The notes below the pieces were generated by a model. The model saw only the letters and a list, made by a program, of their open reading frames with translations. It searched no databases and was not told the origin of the DNA. From NCBI RefSeq assembly GCF_009914755.1, contig NC_060927.1: a stretch of DNA of 64,000 nt; one strand, written 5' to 3'. The position numbers were made by a program, and so were the translations under genes. The DNA is from the human T2T-CHM13v2.0 reference genome, Homo sapiens. This document shows, in pieces, positions 1 through 13,235 of this stretch (position 1 is the first letter of the stretch; each line of letters opens with the position of its first letter).

Positions 1-730
1 AGTTCAGAATATAAAGCAGTCTTTTATGAAATAAGAGAGTGTGTGAAAGAGAAACATCTCCAATTAGATGTATTATAAATCATACTTCAATTTAAATAAA
101 TCAGATTATTGCTCAGTGCTATTTTGTAATCACTCTCTCAATTCTTATTCTATACACTACTAAGAGAGTATAAGTAAAAATAGAAAACAAGCAAAAATAT
201 CAACAAATTGTATAAATTATTCAATAGTATAGTATAACACCTACTGTAAGTGTATACTGAAAGATGTCTGCCAATCTTTCCACATTTGTTCTATTGTCAT
301 TGAGTATTGGAGTGGATTTTAAGATATTCATTGGCAAAGGCATAAGACATATAACATCATTTTCTCACATCTTTAATATGGTTTCCTATTAGGACTTTGT
401 AACAGAATATAATTATATAGTTACTCTGCTCACTTAGTAGAAAACTAGGGTTATAAAAACAAAGTGATCCAGTGGCATCTAAATCTTCAGAAATCTCAAA
501 GTCAGTAGAAATTAATTTTTAAAAATGCCCTATACCACAAATCCTATCAACTCACTTTGCAAGTATATATTGTATTTGTTCCTTTATTTCCAAATCCACC
601 ATGGGTACCCCCAAAATACAATACTGTATCTTCTGTCTGACTACAGCTCTAGCTTCCTAGCCATTCTACCTTTATTCATCCTTTTACTCTTACCTATTAT
701 CCACAGAACAACTACAACTAGAGTGAACTT

Positions 731-764
731 GTGTATGTGTGTGTGTTTGTGTGTGTGTGTGTGT
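731..764. repeat. Interrupted (TG)n microsatellite
   Basis: gtgtatgtgtgtgtgtttgtgtgtgtgtgtgt read directly. Confidence 0.9.
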
Positions 765-1071
765 AATTCAGATCACATGATAAAATGATTGACTTGACAA
801 TAAGAAAAAGCTGAACTCCCTATGGTGGGTTCCACAGTCTTGCCCCTAGTATAAAATGCAATACTACTTAGCAATAAAAAAGAAACAGGAGGGAGGCAGA
901 ACAAGATGTCAGAAAAGAAGGCTCCAGCAATGATCCCCCTAGAAAGCACACCAAATAAACTACTACCTAAACACCAAAGAAACACCTTCACAGGAACGAA
1001 AATCAGGTGATCACTGACAGTACATGTTTTAACTGTATATTGCTGAAAGAGGCACTGAGGAGGAAAAAACA

Positions 1072-1102
<31 letters not shown>

Positions 1103-4100
1103 CAAAACAAAAAACCAGTCATCATATTCCCAGATCTCTTGCTGCCTGAGAAAAGCAGAGGAAAATGTAAAGGGGACTCTGTCTAGTCCCTTAAGTACCA
1201 GCTTAGCCACAGTGAGGTAAAGCACCAAGCAGGCTCTTAGGGGTCCCAATTCCAGTCATTGGTTCTTGGATATCATCTTATGACCTGCCCAAGCACAAGG
1301 GTGAGCTCACTTTCCTGAAGGGTGAGTCCCAACCCAGGCAGTATTCACCAAAAGCTTGGTCCTTAAGGAAACATCTGCAGTAGTCTGGCAGTCCTTTCTG
1401 TGGGCCTGTGGTGGTGTTGGCTCACAGCTTGAGGATAGTCTCCTTTGGTAAAAGGAGAGCAGATTGGGAAAAAACTGCATCTTGTGGTTTCAATGTCAGC
1501 TAAGCCACAGTACAATACAACATGAGGCATAGGTCTAAGGTTTTTACTCTAGTCCCTGACTCCGAGATAGCACCTCTGGACCCACCGAGGGCCTGCTGAA
1601 ACTCACCACCCTAAAAGGAGGGACAGAGATCTGACTAGCTTTAAAACACCTGCTGATTTTAGAGGCCCAGAGACTTGAGTGAACATAGGTGGTAGCCAGG
1701 AAGTGGTTAAAACAAGCCTTGGGCAAGTGCTGTGCTAGCTTCAGGTATAACCCAGCACAGTCATAGTGGTGGTGACCATGACAGTGCTTGTGTCACTCCA
1801 CCCCAAGCTTTAGGTGACTCGGAGCAGAGAGAGGCTCTGTTTGTTTCAAAGAAAGTAAGGGAAGAGATCAGGAATCTCTGCCTGGTAATTCAGCAAATTC
1901 TTCCAGATTTTGTTCAACAGCATCAAAGCAGCTTCACTAGTCTGCAAGAACCACAGTGTTACTGGGCTTATGGTGCTGCCTAATGCATATACAGCTGAGA
2001 TCACAACATCCAAGTCCTTTTGAATATCTGTAAAGCTTTACCAAGAAGGACAAGCACAAACAAGCTCAGACTGTGAAGACTACAATGAATATCTGACTCT
2101 TCAATGCACACAGAAAAATGTCCACAATATCAAGACCATCCAGAAAAACATGGCCTTACCAATGAAATAAATAAGTCAAGAGGGACGAATCCTGTAGAAA
2201 CAGAGATATGTGATCTTTCTGACAGAGAATTCCCAATAGCTATGTTGAGGAAACTCAAATAAATACAAGATAATCAAGAAAAAGAATTCAGAATTCTACC
2301 AGACAAAATTAATAAAGAGATTGAAATAATTAAAAAGGATCAAGCAGAAATTCTGGAGTTGGAAAATCCAATTGACATCCTGAAGAATGCAGCAGAGTCC
2401 TTAAATAGCAGAATTAACATAGCAGAAGAATTAGTGAGTTTGAAGACAGACTATTTTAAAATATACAGTCAGAGAACACAAAAGTAAAAGAATAAAAAAC
2501 AATGAAGCATGCCTACAGGATCTAGAAAATAGCTTCAAAAGGGCAAATCTAAGAGTTATTGGCTTATAGGTGAGATATAGAAAGAGATAGGAACAGAAAG
2601 CTTATTCGAAGGGATAATAACAGAGAACTTTTCAAATCTGGAGAAAGATTTCAATATTCAAGTATAAGAAGGCTATAGAACACTAAGTAGATTTTGCCTA
2701 AATAAGACTACCTCAACGCATTTAATAATAAAACTCCCAAAGGTCAAAGATAAAGAAGGGATGCTAACAGCAGCAAGAGAAAAGGCACAAATAACATATA
2801 ATGGAGCTCCAATATGTCTGGCAGCAGAGTTTTCAGTGAAACATTACAGGCCAGAAGAGAGTGGCATGACATATTTAAAGTGCTAAAAGAAAACAACAAC
2901 AACAACAACACACACACACAAAAACAAAAAACTTTTACCCTAGAATTAGAATGCCATTTCTGGCAAAAGTAACCTTTTTGCATGAAGGAGACATAAAGAT
3001 TTTCCCAGACAAAAACAAAAACAAAACAAACAAAGAAACAAAAAACAACAACTAAACAACAACAGCAGCAGCAAAAACCTGAGTGTACAATAAATGCTAA
3101 AGGGAATACTTCAATCAGAAAACCAAAAACATTAATAAATAATGGCAAATAATGTGAGGTACAAATGTACTGGTAGCATTAAGTTACAGAAAAACAAAAA
3201 TATTATATCACTGTAACTGTGATGTGTAAGCTACTCTTAAGTAGAAAGATTAAATGATGAACCAATCAAAATAATAACATCTTTTCTAGACATAGACAGT
3301 ACAATAACATTTAAATAGAAACAACAAAAAGTTAAGAAGGAAGGAGATGAAGTTAAGGAATAGAGCTTTTATTAGTTTTTTTGTTGTTGCTTTGTTTGTT
3401 TATGCAAGTAGTGTTAAGTTGCTATAAGCTTAAAATAATAAATTATAAGATAGTATTTGCAAGCCTCATGATAATTTCACATAAAAATCACAACAGATCC
3501 AAAAATAAAAAGCATTAAATTAAATCATATCAGCAGATAAACTGAACAAAAATATTGAAATAATTAAAAAGAATCAACTAGAAATTCTGGAGGTGAAAAT
3601 GGACTAAAAAGAAAGACAAGACTAAAGAAAGACAAGACTAAAAAAAGGCAAGAACGAAGGAAAGAAGGAACACAAGATTAATAATGAAATAGTGCAAGTA
3701 AGTGCTTACTTATCAATAATAATATTGACTCTAAATGACTTAAGTCTTCAACTGAAAGACACAGAGTGGCTAAGTGGATTAAAACAAAACAAAAGTAAAC
3801 AACAACAACAAAAAACAAGATCCAAAGATCTGTTGCCAACAAGAATCACAGTTCACCTATAAAGACATGCATGGACTAAAAATAAAGGGATAGAAAAAAA
3901 TATTCTATGCCAATGGAAATGATAAAGGATCTTACGTAGCTATACTTACATTAAAGAAAATAAATTTCCAGGCAAAACCTTTAAGAAGAGACAAGCATGG
4001 TCACTATATAATGATAAAGCAGTCAATTTAGCAAGAGGACATAACAATTGTAAGTATATATGCACCCAACAGTGGAGCACTCAGATATAATAAGCAAATA

Positions 4101-5484
4101 TTATTAGAGTTAATTAGAAAGACAGACACTAATACAATAATAGCTGAAGTCTTCAACACCCCACTTTCAGGATTGGACAGGTCTTTCAGAAAGAAAATTA
4201 ACAAAAAAAATTAGACTTCATCTGTAGTACAGATAAAATGAACCTAATAGATATTTACACAACACTTCATCCAGTGGCCACAGAATGGTTACAAAATACA
4301 CATTTTTCTCATCAGCACATGGATCATTCTCAAGGACAGACCATATGTTACTTTACAAAACAAATCTTAAAAACATTCAAAAAAGTAAAATAATATTAAA
4401 AATCCTCTCTGACCACAATAGAATACAACTAGAAATAAATTATAAGTGGAATTTTGGAACCTATACAAACACATGGAAATTAAACAACATGTTTTTGAAG
4501 GACCAAAGGGTAAATGAAGAAATTAAGAAAAACATTGAAAAATTTCTTGAAACAAGTAATAATTGAAACACAAAATATCAAAAACTATGAGACACAGCAG
4601 AAACAGTACTCAGAGGAATGTTTATAGCCATAAGTCATTACATCAAAAAAGAAAAAAAATTTAAGTAAACAAATTAAAATTCAAGAGCAAACCAAAGACC
4701 AAGTAATAAAATCAGAGATGAAAAAGAAGACATTGCAACTGATACCACAGAAATTCAGGGGATCATGAGTGGCTGCTATGAGCAATGCTGTGTCAATAAA
4801 TTGGAAAATGAAGGACAGCAACCATATGATCATTTCAACTGATACTAAAAAAGCCTTTAGTAAAATTCAACATCTCTGTAGAATAAATACCCTAAAAAAG
4901 CTGGTTGTAGAAGAAGCATACCCCAACAAAATAAAAGTTGTATTTGACAGACTCACAACTAGTATCATGCTGAATGGGGAAAAACTGAAAGCCTTTGCTC
5001 TAAAATCGGGAACACAACAAGAATGCCCATTGTCATTCATCATAGTACTGGAAATACAGCTAGAGCGATCAGATAAGTGACACAAATAAAGGGCATCCAA
5101 ATTGGAATGGAAGAAGTCAAATTATCCTTGTTTGCAGATGATGTATCTTATATTAGGAAAGTCCTTAAGAATATACCAAAAAGGTAATAAAACTGATCAC
5201 CAAATTCACTGAATTAGCAGGATACAAAATTCACACACAAAAAGCAGTAATATTTGTATATAACAACAGCAAACAATCTGAAAAATAATTTGTTAGTAAT
5301 CCCATGTACAGTAGCTAAAAATAAAATAAAATACAAAGGAATTAATCTAACCCAAGAAATGAAAGATCTTTAAAATGAAAACTATAAAAATGTTGCAAGA
5401 AATGGAAGAGGACACTTAAAAAATGGAAAATATTTCATGTTCATGGATTAGAATAATCAATATTCTTAAAATGTTCATACTAGC

Positions 5485-5886
5485 TGATATGGTTTGGCTG
5501 TGTTCCCACCCAAGTTTCTTCCTGAATTGTAGTTCCCATAATCCCCACGTGTTGTGAGAAGGACCACGTGGGGTGGTAATTGAATCATGGGAGTGGTTAC
5601 CCCATGCTGTTCTCTTGATAGTGAGTTCTCATGAGATTTGATGGCTTTAAAGGCCCATTTCCCTTGCTTGGTACCTCTCTCTCCTACCTCCTTGTGAAGA
5701 AGGTTGGCACTTCTCTCTCCTGCCTCCCTGTGAAGGAGGATGTGTTCACTTCCCCTTCTACCACGATTGTAAGTTTCCTGAGGCCTCCCCAGCCGTATGG
5801 AACTATGAATCAATTAAACCTCTTTCCTTTATAAATTACCCAGTATCGGGTATTTCTTCATAGCAGTGTGAGAACAGACTAATACA
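5485..5886 (+). mobile_element. THE1 (THE1C/D-like) MaLR solo LTR inserted in L1 ORF2
   Basis: Starts TGATATGGTTTGGCTGTG and ends GACTAATACA; degenerate 5-bp TSD ctagc/ccacc; L1 sequence resumes in register (catact...cccaaagcaat). Confidence 0.9.
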
Positions 5887-6319
5887 CCACCCAAAGCAAT
5901 TTACAGATTTTGTGCACTCCCCATCAAAATACCAATAACACTCTTTACAGAAATTTTTAAAAATCCTAAAATTTATGTTGATCTACAAAAGAGCCAGAAT
6001 TGCCAAAGATCTCCTGAGCGAAAAGAACAAAACTGGAGGAACCATGTGACATGACTTCGAATTATACTATATAGCTATAGTAACCAAAATGCATGTACTG
6101 CCATAAAAGAAGATACATAAATCAGTGAAACAGAATAAAGAACCGAGAAATAAATTCATACATCTACAATTAACTCTTTTTCAACAAAGCTTTCAAGAAC
6201 ATTAATTGGGGAAAGGATGGCCCCTTCAATAAGTGGTTCTAGGAAATCTGGATATCTATATGCAGAAAAATGAAACTGAACCCCCCATCTCTTGCTATAC
6301 ATAAAAAAAAAAAAATCAA

Positions 6320-6621
6320 GGCCAGGTGTGGTAGCTCATGCCTGTAATCCCAGCACTTTGGGAGGCTGAGGCAGGCAGATCACCTGAGATCGGGAGTTCG
6401 AGACCAGCCTGACCAACATGGTCAAACCCTGTCTCTACTAAAAATACAAAATTAGCCGGATGTGGTGGCATGAGCCTGTAATCCCAGCCACTTGAGAGGC
6501 TGAGGCAGGAGAATCACTTCAACCCAGGAGGCAGAGGTTACAGCGAGCCCAGATCATACCATTGCACTCCAGCCTGAACAACAAGAGCAAAACTCCGTGG
6601 AGAAAAAAAAAAAAAAAAAAA
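6320..6621 (+). mobile_element. Alu (AluSp-like)
   Basis: ggccaggtgtggtagctc...; cgggagttcgagaccagcctgaccaacatgg and aacaagagcaaaactcc diagnostics; A tail; TSD aaaaatcaa. Confidence 0.92.
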
Positions 6622-7939
6622 TCAAATCAAAAGGGATTAAAGATTTAAGTCAAATGCCTCAAACTAAAAAACTACTACAAGAATATATTTGGGAAACCCT
6701 CCAGTACATTAGGCTTCTTGAGAAACACCCCACAGGTAGAGGCAACCAAAGCAAAAATGAACAAATGAGATCACATCAAGTCAAAAAAACTGCACAGCAA
6801 AGGACACAATTAAAAAAGTGAGCTGACAGCCCACAGGATTGGAGAAAATATTTGCAAATTACCCACTTGACAAGCGATTATTAACCCAAATATATATGAA
6901 ACTCGAAAAACTCCATAGGAGAAAATCTAATAATCTGATTTTTTTCAAATGCACAGATCTGAATAGACATTTCTCGAAAGAGGATATACAAATGGCAAAG
7001 AGGCATATGAAAAGTTGCTTGATATGATTGATTATCAGAGAAACAAAAATCAAAACTACAATGAGATATCATCTCACCCCAGTTAAAATGATTTTTATCC
7101 AAAAGTCAGGTAATAGTAAATGCTGGGAAGAATGTGAAGAAAAGGAAATCCTTGTACACCGTAGTTGGAATGTAAATTCATAAAACCACTATGAACAACA
7201 GCGTGGAGGTTCCTCAAAATGCAGAAAGTAGAGCTACCATATGACCCAGCAATCTCACTGCTGGATATATACTCCAAAGAAAGTAAATCAATATATCAGA
7301 GAGATACCTGCACTTTCATGTTTGTTGCAGCTCTGTTCACAATAGTTAAGATTTGGAAGCAACCTAAGTGTCCATCAGCACATGAATGGATTAAAAAAAT
7401 CTGCTACACATACAGAATGGAGCTCTATTCATCCATAAAAAAAAGAATAAGTTTCAGCAATTTTCAACAGCGTTCATGGAACTAGAAGTCATTGTATAAA
7501 GTGAAATAAGCCAGGCACAGAAGGACAAACATTGCAAGTTCTCAATTATTTATGAGCTCTAAAAATGGATCAATTAAACTCATGGAGATACAGAGTAGAA
7601 GGATGGTTACCAAAGGAAGATAAGTGTAGTGGAGAGGGTGGAGGAAGCTGGGGATGGTTAACTACAAAACAGTAGTTGGAAAGCATGAATAAGACCTAGT
7701 ATTTAATTGCACAACAGGGTGACTGTAGTAAAAAATAATTTAATTGCACATTTGAAAACAACTAAAAGAATATAGTTTATTGTTCATAACACAAAGCATT
7801 CATGCCTGAGGGAATGGATACCCTATTATTTACACTGATGTGATTATTATGCCTTCCGTGCCTGTATCAAAATATATTACGTAATCCCCAAATATATGCA
7901 CCTACTATGTACAGAAAAAAAAAAAAAGAAAAGAAAATT

Positions 7940-8270
7940 TTAAAAAGGCACAATTTTTAGATGTTGCAACATTAGTGAATTTCAAAGGCATTCTGCTGAA
8001 TGACAGAAGTCAGTCTCAAATGATTATATACTGTATAATTATATTTATATAATGTTCTGGAAAGCGAACATACAGTAATAAATTTTCAGCATTGCTAGAA
8101 GTGAGAGATAGGGAGAGGATGGGATTTCAAAGGAGCATCATAAGGAGTTTTTGAATATGGAATTAGTCAATGTCACCATTGTGATAGTGGTTACACAAAT
8201 CTACACATGTTAAAACTATATGACAGAAAGCTATTAAAATTTTGTATTTGTTAATTTAAAAAAATTAATA
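7940..8270 (+). mobile_element. Older L1MC/MD-type 3' end fragment; its 5' continuation appears at ~855-888, so the L1MA inserted into it
   Basis: gaatttcaaaggcattctgctgaatgacagaagtcagtctcaaa...ggttacacaaatctacacatg resembles L1MC/MD 3'UTR; aatactacttagcaataaaaa at ~860 is the preceding consensus segment. Confidence 0.6.
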
Positions 8271-9927
8271 ATATAATTGGTTCCTATCTTTAGTTGGCCA
8301 AATACACAAGCCAGAGTTTATTCATAAATGAAATTAGAACACTGATAATATTTTTACAAGCCTGTTCCTTTTAAAATATAAAATGTCTTTTTCCCTTATC
8401 CTTCTATCTTCTTTGTTTAGTCTTATTTATTCAATAAGTAAAGAGCTATACATTATTTATATTTCTCAGGAGAAATTCCATTACCTATTAATTTCTGTTA
8501 ACGCAGTCTATGCATCTACCTTGATGTTGTCAGGAAACTAATTTTGTTGGCATCCTCATGATTTTTACATAGTAGGGTGGATGCTTTGTAAATAATTTAT
8601 ACAAATTAGAAGTTAACATATGTGCTAACTCTTTCTAATAAAAATATAATGGCATACTAACATATCCTAGTTGAATTTTTCAATGTAAATGTAATAATGC
8701 TTAAACAAGCAATTACAAAATAAGTCAAGAACCCTCCTAAAATTTAGAGGCTGTATTGAATCATATTTTCCTCATTCGAGTTAATAAAATGTACTGATTT
8801 TTAAAATATTGACAGTGTGGATATAAAAACCCTTTTCCAAACAATGATCCACAGTTGTCACATATCTGAATTTAGATAGCTATCTGACATGTTTATTCAG
8901 CCTTCTTGCAATTACAAGGAACCATGTGCCTTTTACTGATTTAATATGAAGGGTGTAGAATATCACTGTAGTGAAGGGTGATTATTATATTTCTTTCATG
9001 AGTATGAAAGTCTCATAACTCACAGACATCACAAAGTGCCTATGGAGTTTGTGAGTTATTAAGGTCAGTCATGGGAAAAAAGAAGATAATCACTTTTTAC
9101 CAGTGAAATATTCAACTTATTTTAGGACAAAGCTTTTTTACCGATTACCAGCTCAAGAATGGAAGAGAACTAATAAAGCACCCAGTAGACTTTTCTTTCC
9201 ATCTGTCCATCACTCCAGGATCTATTGAACTGTACCCTTGGTTGTTTAGTGATAGTAACACATTCAAACTATAGTAGAGATAAATAAAGATTGTTTTCAT
9301 TTAAATTTGTGCAAACATTTTAACATTTAAAAAATAAGTGCTTTCTGCTTTACTCATTTATTTATTTTCAGGAAGGAAAAAAAAAATAATGGCTACTATC
9401 ACCCTAGTCAGTGTGAAACAGGGATGTAATTTCTGGGCTTTCTGAAATAAGCTTTCTTTGAAAACAAAGGCATATAACAAAAAAAATCAAGGACTGCAGA
9501 GGAATTCTAGACTCTAATTATACAAATGGCATATATAACATAATTGCATTATTTTTATATTTGGTATGTATAAAAATGTATGAGGAGAATTGAAGAGTTT
9601 CTTTACAAATGAAAAACTACAAAATATAAAGTGTGAAATAGTGATAACTTCAGTTTTTAAAAAATCAGTCTTGGTTAAGAAAGCTGTTTTACTTAAAGTT
9701 TCAGTTGTTTCAATACTTAGAATTCCCTGCTTCTTTTTCAAATAGCCAGAGAAATTCAGAGCACTTTTTAATGTTTGAATGTGAAATTCATTTTGATAAG
9801 ATTATGTTTATATATTCACCAAACAATATTTCAAGGCTCTGAATTCAGTCACAAAGTTGAGCAGGAAAAACAAATCTTGTTTCCTGAACAGTAAAAGATG
9901 TAGCATATGTGAGAAAGTGAGAGACAG

Positions 9928-9928
9928 A

Positions 9929-9958
<30 letters not shown>
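9928..9958. repeat. (GT)n microsatellite
   Basis: Direct read. Confidence 0.9.
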
Positions 9959-9960
<2 letters not shown>

Positions 9961-12257
9961 CCTCTACCCAGTTATAGTGTGGAGTATAAAAAATATTATA
10001 CATAATATAGGAAAGTATGATACAGGAAACTATTTAGGTAATTCATAAATCAATGCCCTTCATATCTTCTCTTACCAGTAAGCACTTATTACTTATGATG
10101 ATAACTATTTTGTTTTTATTTTATTTACTCATTTATTTTTGATATATTCAACATTTATTTTTTCATTTCTGAGAAAGATGTTCATTTCACTAAGAAAAAA
10201 AATCTTCCAGAAATGTTCGCTTTCTGAAAATAGTTTTACTCCTTATCAATATTTCAATATCTCATTGTTATTTCCTCAAATATTTAGAGATAAATATCAT
10301 TTGCTCAAATTTATCTTTTTTATAGTGAAAAGACACAAGGTCATGCTTGCCTTATTTTACTTAGTTTGAAGTTCCCTCACCATCATGCTTATTTTTCTTC
10401 TCATTCATTTCAGTTTTTCTTCCAATTGTATTTTAAAATTTAAGTTTATGCATGGCATGGTCATACGATAAATATAAAGTTCAAAAGCAAAATATCAAAT
10501 GGTAATAATCAGATTGTCAAAGGAAATTGAATAGAGTTTCTTCCAGGACTCTTGAGGGCTCTTAAATTTCTTCACTTATAGAATAATAAAAACTCAGAAG
10601 ACTGGAGTAGGGCAAGTTTGTGAAGACATTACCTTATTGAGAGTAGATGAGATTACTTTAGATTTTATATACTTCAGCCAACTACAGCAAAGATGGGAGG
10701 TGAGCAGAATGAGGCTTGATATGAACCAAGGGAACTCCTCGAAGTGGGGAAATAAATGTACACCACTGTATGAAGAAAGGAATCAGACTCTCAGGTAAAG
10801 GAACTGTTGGAGAGAGATGCTCAGTGTAGGGGATTTCTTGAGAAGTTCTGAAAACACCTTGAAATAAAAGTTAGCATTAGACATCTTAATGTGGAACACC
10901 CTATCAGATTTTCAGGGTACTAGTGCAAACAAAACTTCTTCTGCCCTTTTCATTTTACCCTTCCTATATTTCTGCTCCAAAGTGGTAATACGGCCACATA
11001 CTTCATATGTTCTCCACTTGTGACATATTTTGGAAACATTTCTTAGATAGCTAAGTTATAATTTTAAGTTACTTTTTCATTTATTAAGGGATGAGATACC
11101 TTCAGAATTCTTTAATATTTATAAATTTGTTTTATTCTTTATTTTATTGATTTGTCATTATAACTATTTCTTAAAATTTGTGAGTCCTGGCGACTGTCAC
11201 TGATATCCTGGATTTTTATAGGGCTATTTATGTTCTTTCAGTGTTTATAATTGATAGTTAAATTATATGAAATCATTTTTTATTTTTTCCTTAATGTCTA
11301 TCTTAGGCATTGTCTGATATATTTTTATTTCTTTTTTATCTTAATATCGCGTATTTCATCTTTTAAATTATGAATTCCTCTTATAATGTGATGCAATATA
11401 TAGTTTTTCTAAAATTATATGTGTCTTTCTTATATTTTGTGCATTTTTCATCTGTTCTCATTTATGTATATTTTTTAAAGTTCTATTTTTCTAAATTTTT
11501 TGTTTTGCTTCATTGTTTCTGTATTAATATCATTAAATGATAGCAATATTACCCTGTATTCTTATAGTATAGGTGAATACAGGTGGTTTCTTTCAAAGAC
11601 TTGAATACACTGACTTGAAGAAAAATAAATAAAAAACAATATCAAGTATATTTACTTATTAACTGTACAATTCTGAGAAAAAATAAGCATTTTTAAATTA
11701 TCAGAATTTTTGACTCTCATATTATGCTATTATCTAGTGTAGTTATTATTTTAAAATATGGAAGAAAATGATACAATAAAAAGTAAAGCCCTTATTTTAA
11801 ATCTAAATACTCTGGGGAATTTTTTAACTTAGAAAAATCTCTGCTTTTGAAAAAATAGTAAGATCTTACTCTGGAAGGCAGTAGCCAAAGTGTCCTATTG
11901 CTTCTGGAAGTATCTTAATAATTAGATAAACCCACAATTTTTCCAGAACAATCAGTTAAAGTGAAGATTCCATATTAGTAAATGCACATTTCAAGGGGAA
12001 TTCAATCTACAATATTCATCACTAGCCACACTTATTTCTACTGGATGTGGCTATATATGAATGTTGAGGATACAGAAAACAAAGAATATAGCTTTTAACA
12101 AGTGTTTTCCTTTGATACCATGGCCCCAATATAAAGATTTCTGCTTTAAGTACTTATGTATTGGGGCTTACATTGGTTGCTCTCCAAAGTTTCAGATTTG
12201 ACATACAATATTTGATTAAATGGAAGAGTTTGATCATGTGTTCTGTACTAGACCCAA

Positions 12258-13052
12258 TGATGGAAGAGGCGGCGCATCTGGAGTGGCACTCCATCACTGG
12301 CCGCAGTGGAGGGGCACAGCTGGGGCTGCATTCTTCACAGACTGTGGGAGCTCCCTGGGTGTAGCCCCAGCTGCCCAAGTTGTGGCTGTGGACCCAGGCC
12401 TCCCACTGCATGGAGCAGGAAGGAGCCCTGTAACCCCAGGTGCAGCTGCAGTCACCCAAACCGTGGCTGTGATCCCAGGCATCCCTGCATTCTGGGGGGC
12501 CCAGGAAGGAACCCCTGCCCTTGTAGTTTGGGAAGTGCCTCCTCCTGCTACCTGGCTTCTCCCTGCTGTCAAGTTCTGCTCCAATCTTGGAGCAAAGTCA
12601 GCTGAGCCTGAGTGCTGTCACAGCTCCTCCAGGTGTGCACACACTGGGGGCAGTGCTGAGACACCAGGCCCCTGTCACCTTGGCCCACTCCAGGCTTTGG
12701 ATACCAAAGAGCATAGGAGGGAAGCCTATGGGGGGCTTAGGGCAGCTCAGGCACTGGCCTTCAGGAGCTCCTTGGCACCTACAGCCAGGGCACACTGAAT
12801 GGCAGAAGGAGGCAGACAGGTTCCTGAGTGAAAGGGAATGGTTCCCCGGTGAGGCCCACCTTCAGGCCAGGAAGGGCCTGAAAGCTGGGGGCCTGGCTGC
12901 CAGTCCCACACACCAGAGTGAAAATTTGTAGTGCCTTTTTTGGGCCTGCCCGGGGCCAAATATGGACCAATCAGAATGCACTTTCTTCCCTCTGAGGCCC
13001 ATAAAATCCCTGGGTTCAGCCGGAGCCCAGCATACATAGGGACAACCAGCCT
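12258..13052 (+). mobile_element. MER52 (ERV1) LTR, 5' portion only, GC-rich
   Basis: Begins TGATGG...catctggagtggc; MER52-type repeats (cccaggtgcagctgcagtcacccaaaccgtggctg); ggaccaatcag and cccataaaa promoter motifs; stops abruptly at gggacaaccagcct. Confidence 0.8.
12967..13006 (+). promoter_or_regulatory. CCAAT box and TATA-like box of the MER52 LTR
   Basis: CCAAT at 12967-12971 and CATAAAA at 13000-13006, in LTR promoter order. Confidence 0.5.
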
Positions 13053-13235
13053 ATTATCCTGCCTCAGTCGCCTGAGTAGCTGGGATTACAGGCCCGGGCC
13101 ACCAGGCTCACCTAATTTTTGTATTTTTAGTAGAGGTGGGGTTTCGCCATATTGGTCAAGCTGGTCTCATACTCCTGACCTCAGGTGATCCACTCCCCTC
13201 AGCCTCCCAAAGTGCGGGAGCCACCGCGCCCGGCT
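13053..13235 (-). mobile_element. Partial AluS lacking its 3' end and tail
   Basis: Reverse-strand Alu left arm, linker and part of right arm; no poly-T. Confidence 0.88.

Larger units (their letters stand above)
890..7930 (+). mobile_element. Near-full-length old LINE-1 (L1MA1-3-like) with decayed ORF1/ORF2 and internal ORF2 deletions
   Basis: 5' end gggaggcagaacaagatg...aaacaccttcac typical of L1M 5'UTRs; ORF2-like peptides (YTFFSSAHGSFSRTDHML, ELPYDPAISLLDIY, WKQPKCPS); L1MA-type 3'UTR (gcacaacagggtgact...cacctactatgtac) followed by an A tail. Confidence 0.88.

Noticed and set aside
10530-10870. Possible old LTR or exon in a purine-rich stretch with CAG|GTAAAG
   Set aside because: I could not assign a family, termini or an acceptor with confidence.
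12154-13037. Cluster of overlapping ORFs up to 192 aa
   Set aside because: All lie in the GC-rich MER52 LTR, where stops are rare; no recognisable domain or exon structure.
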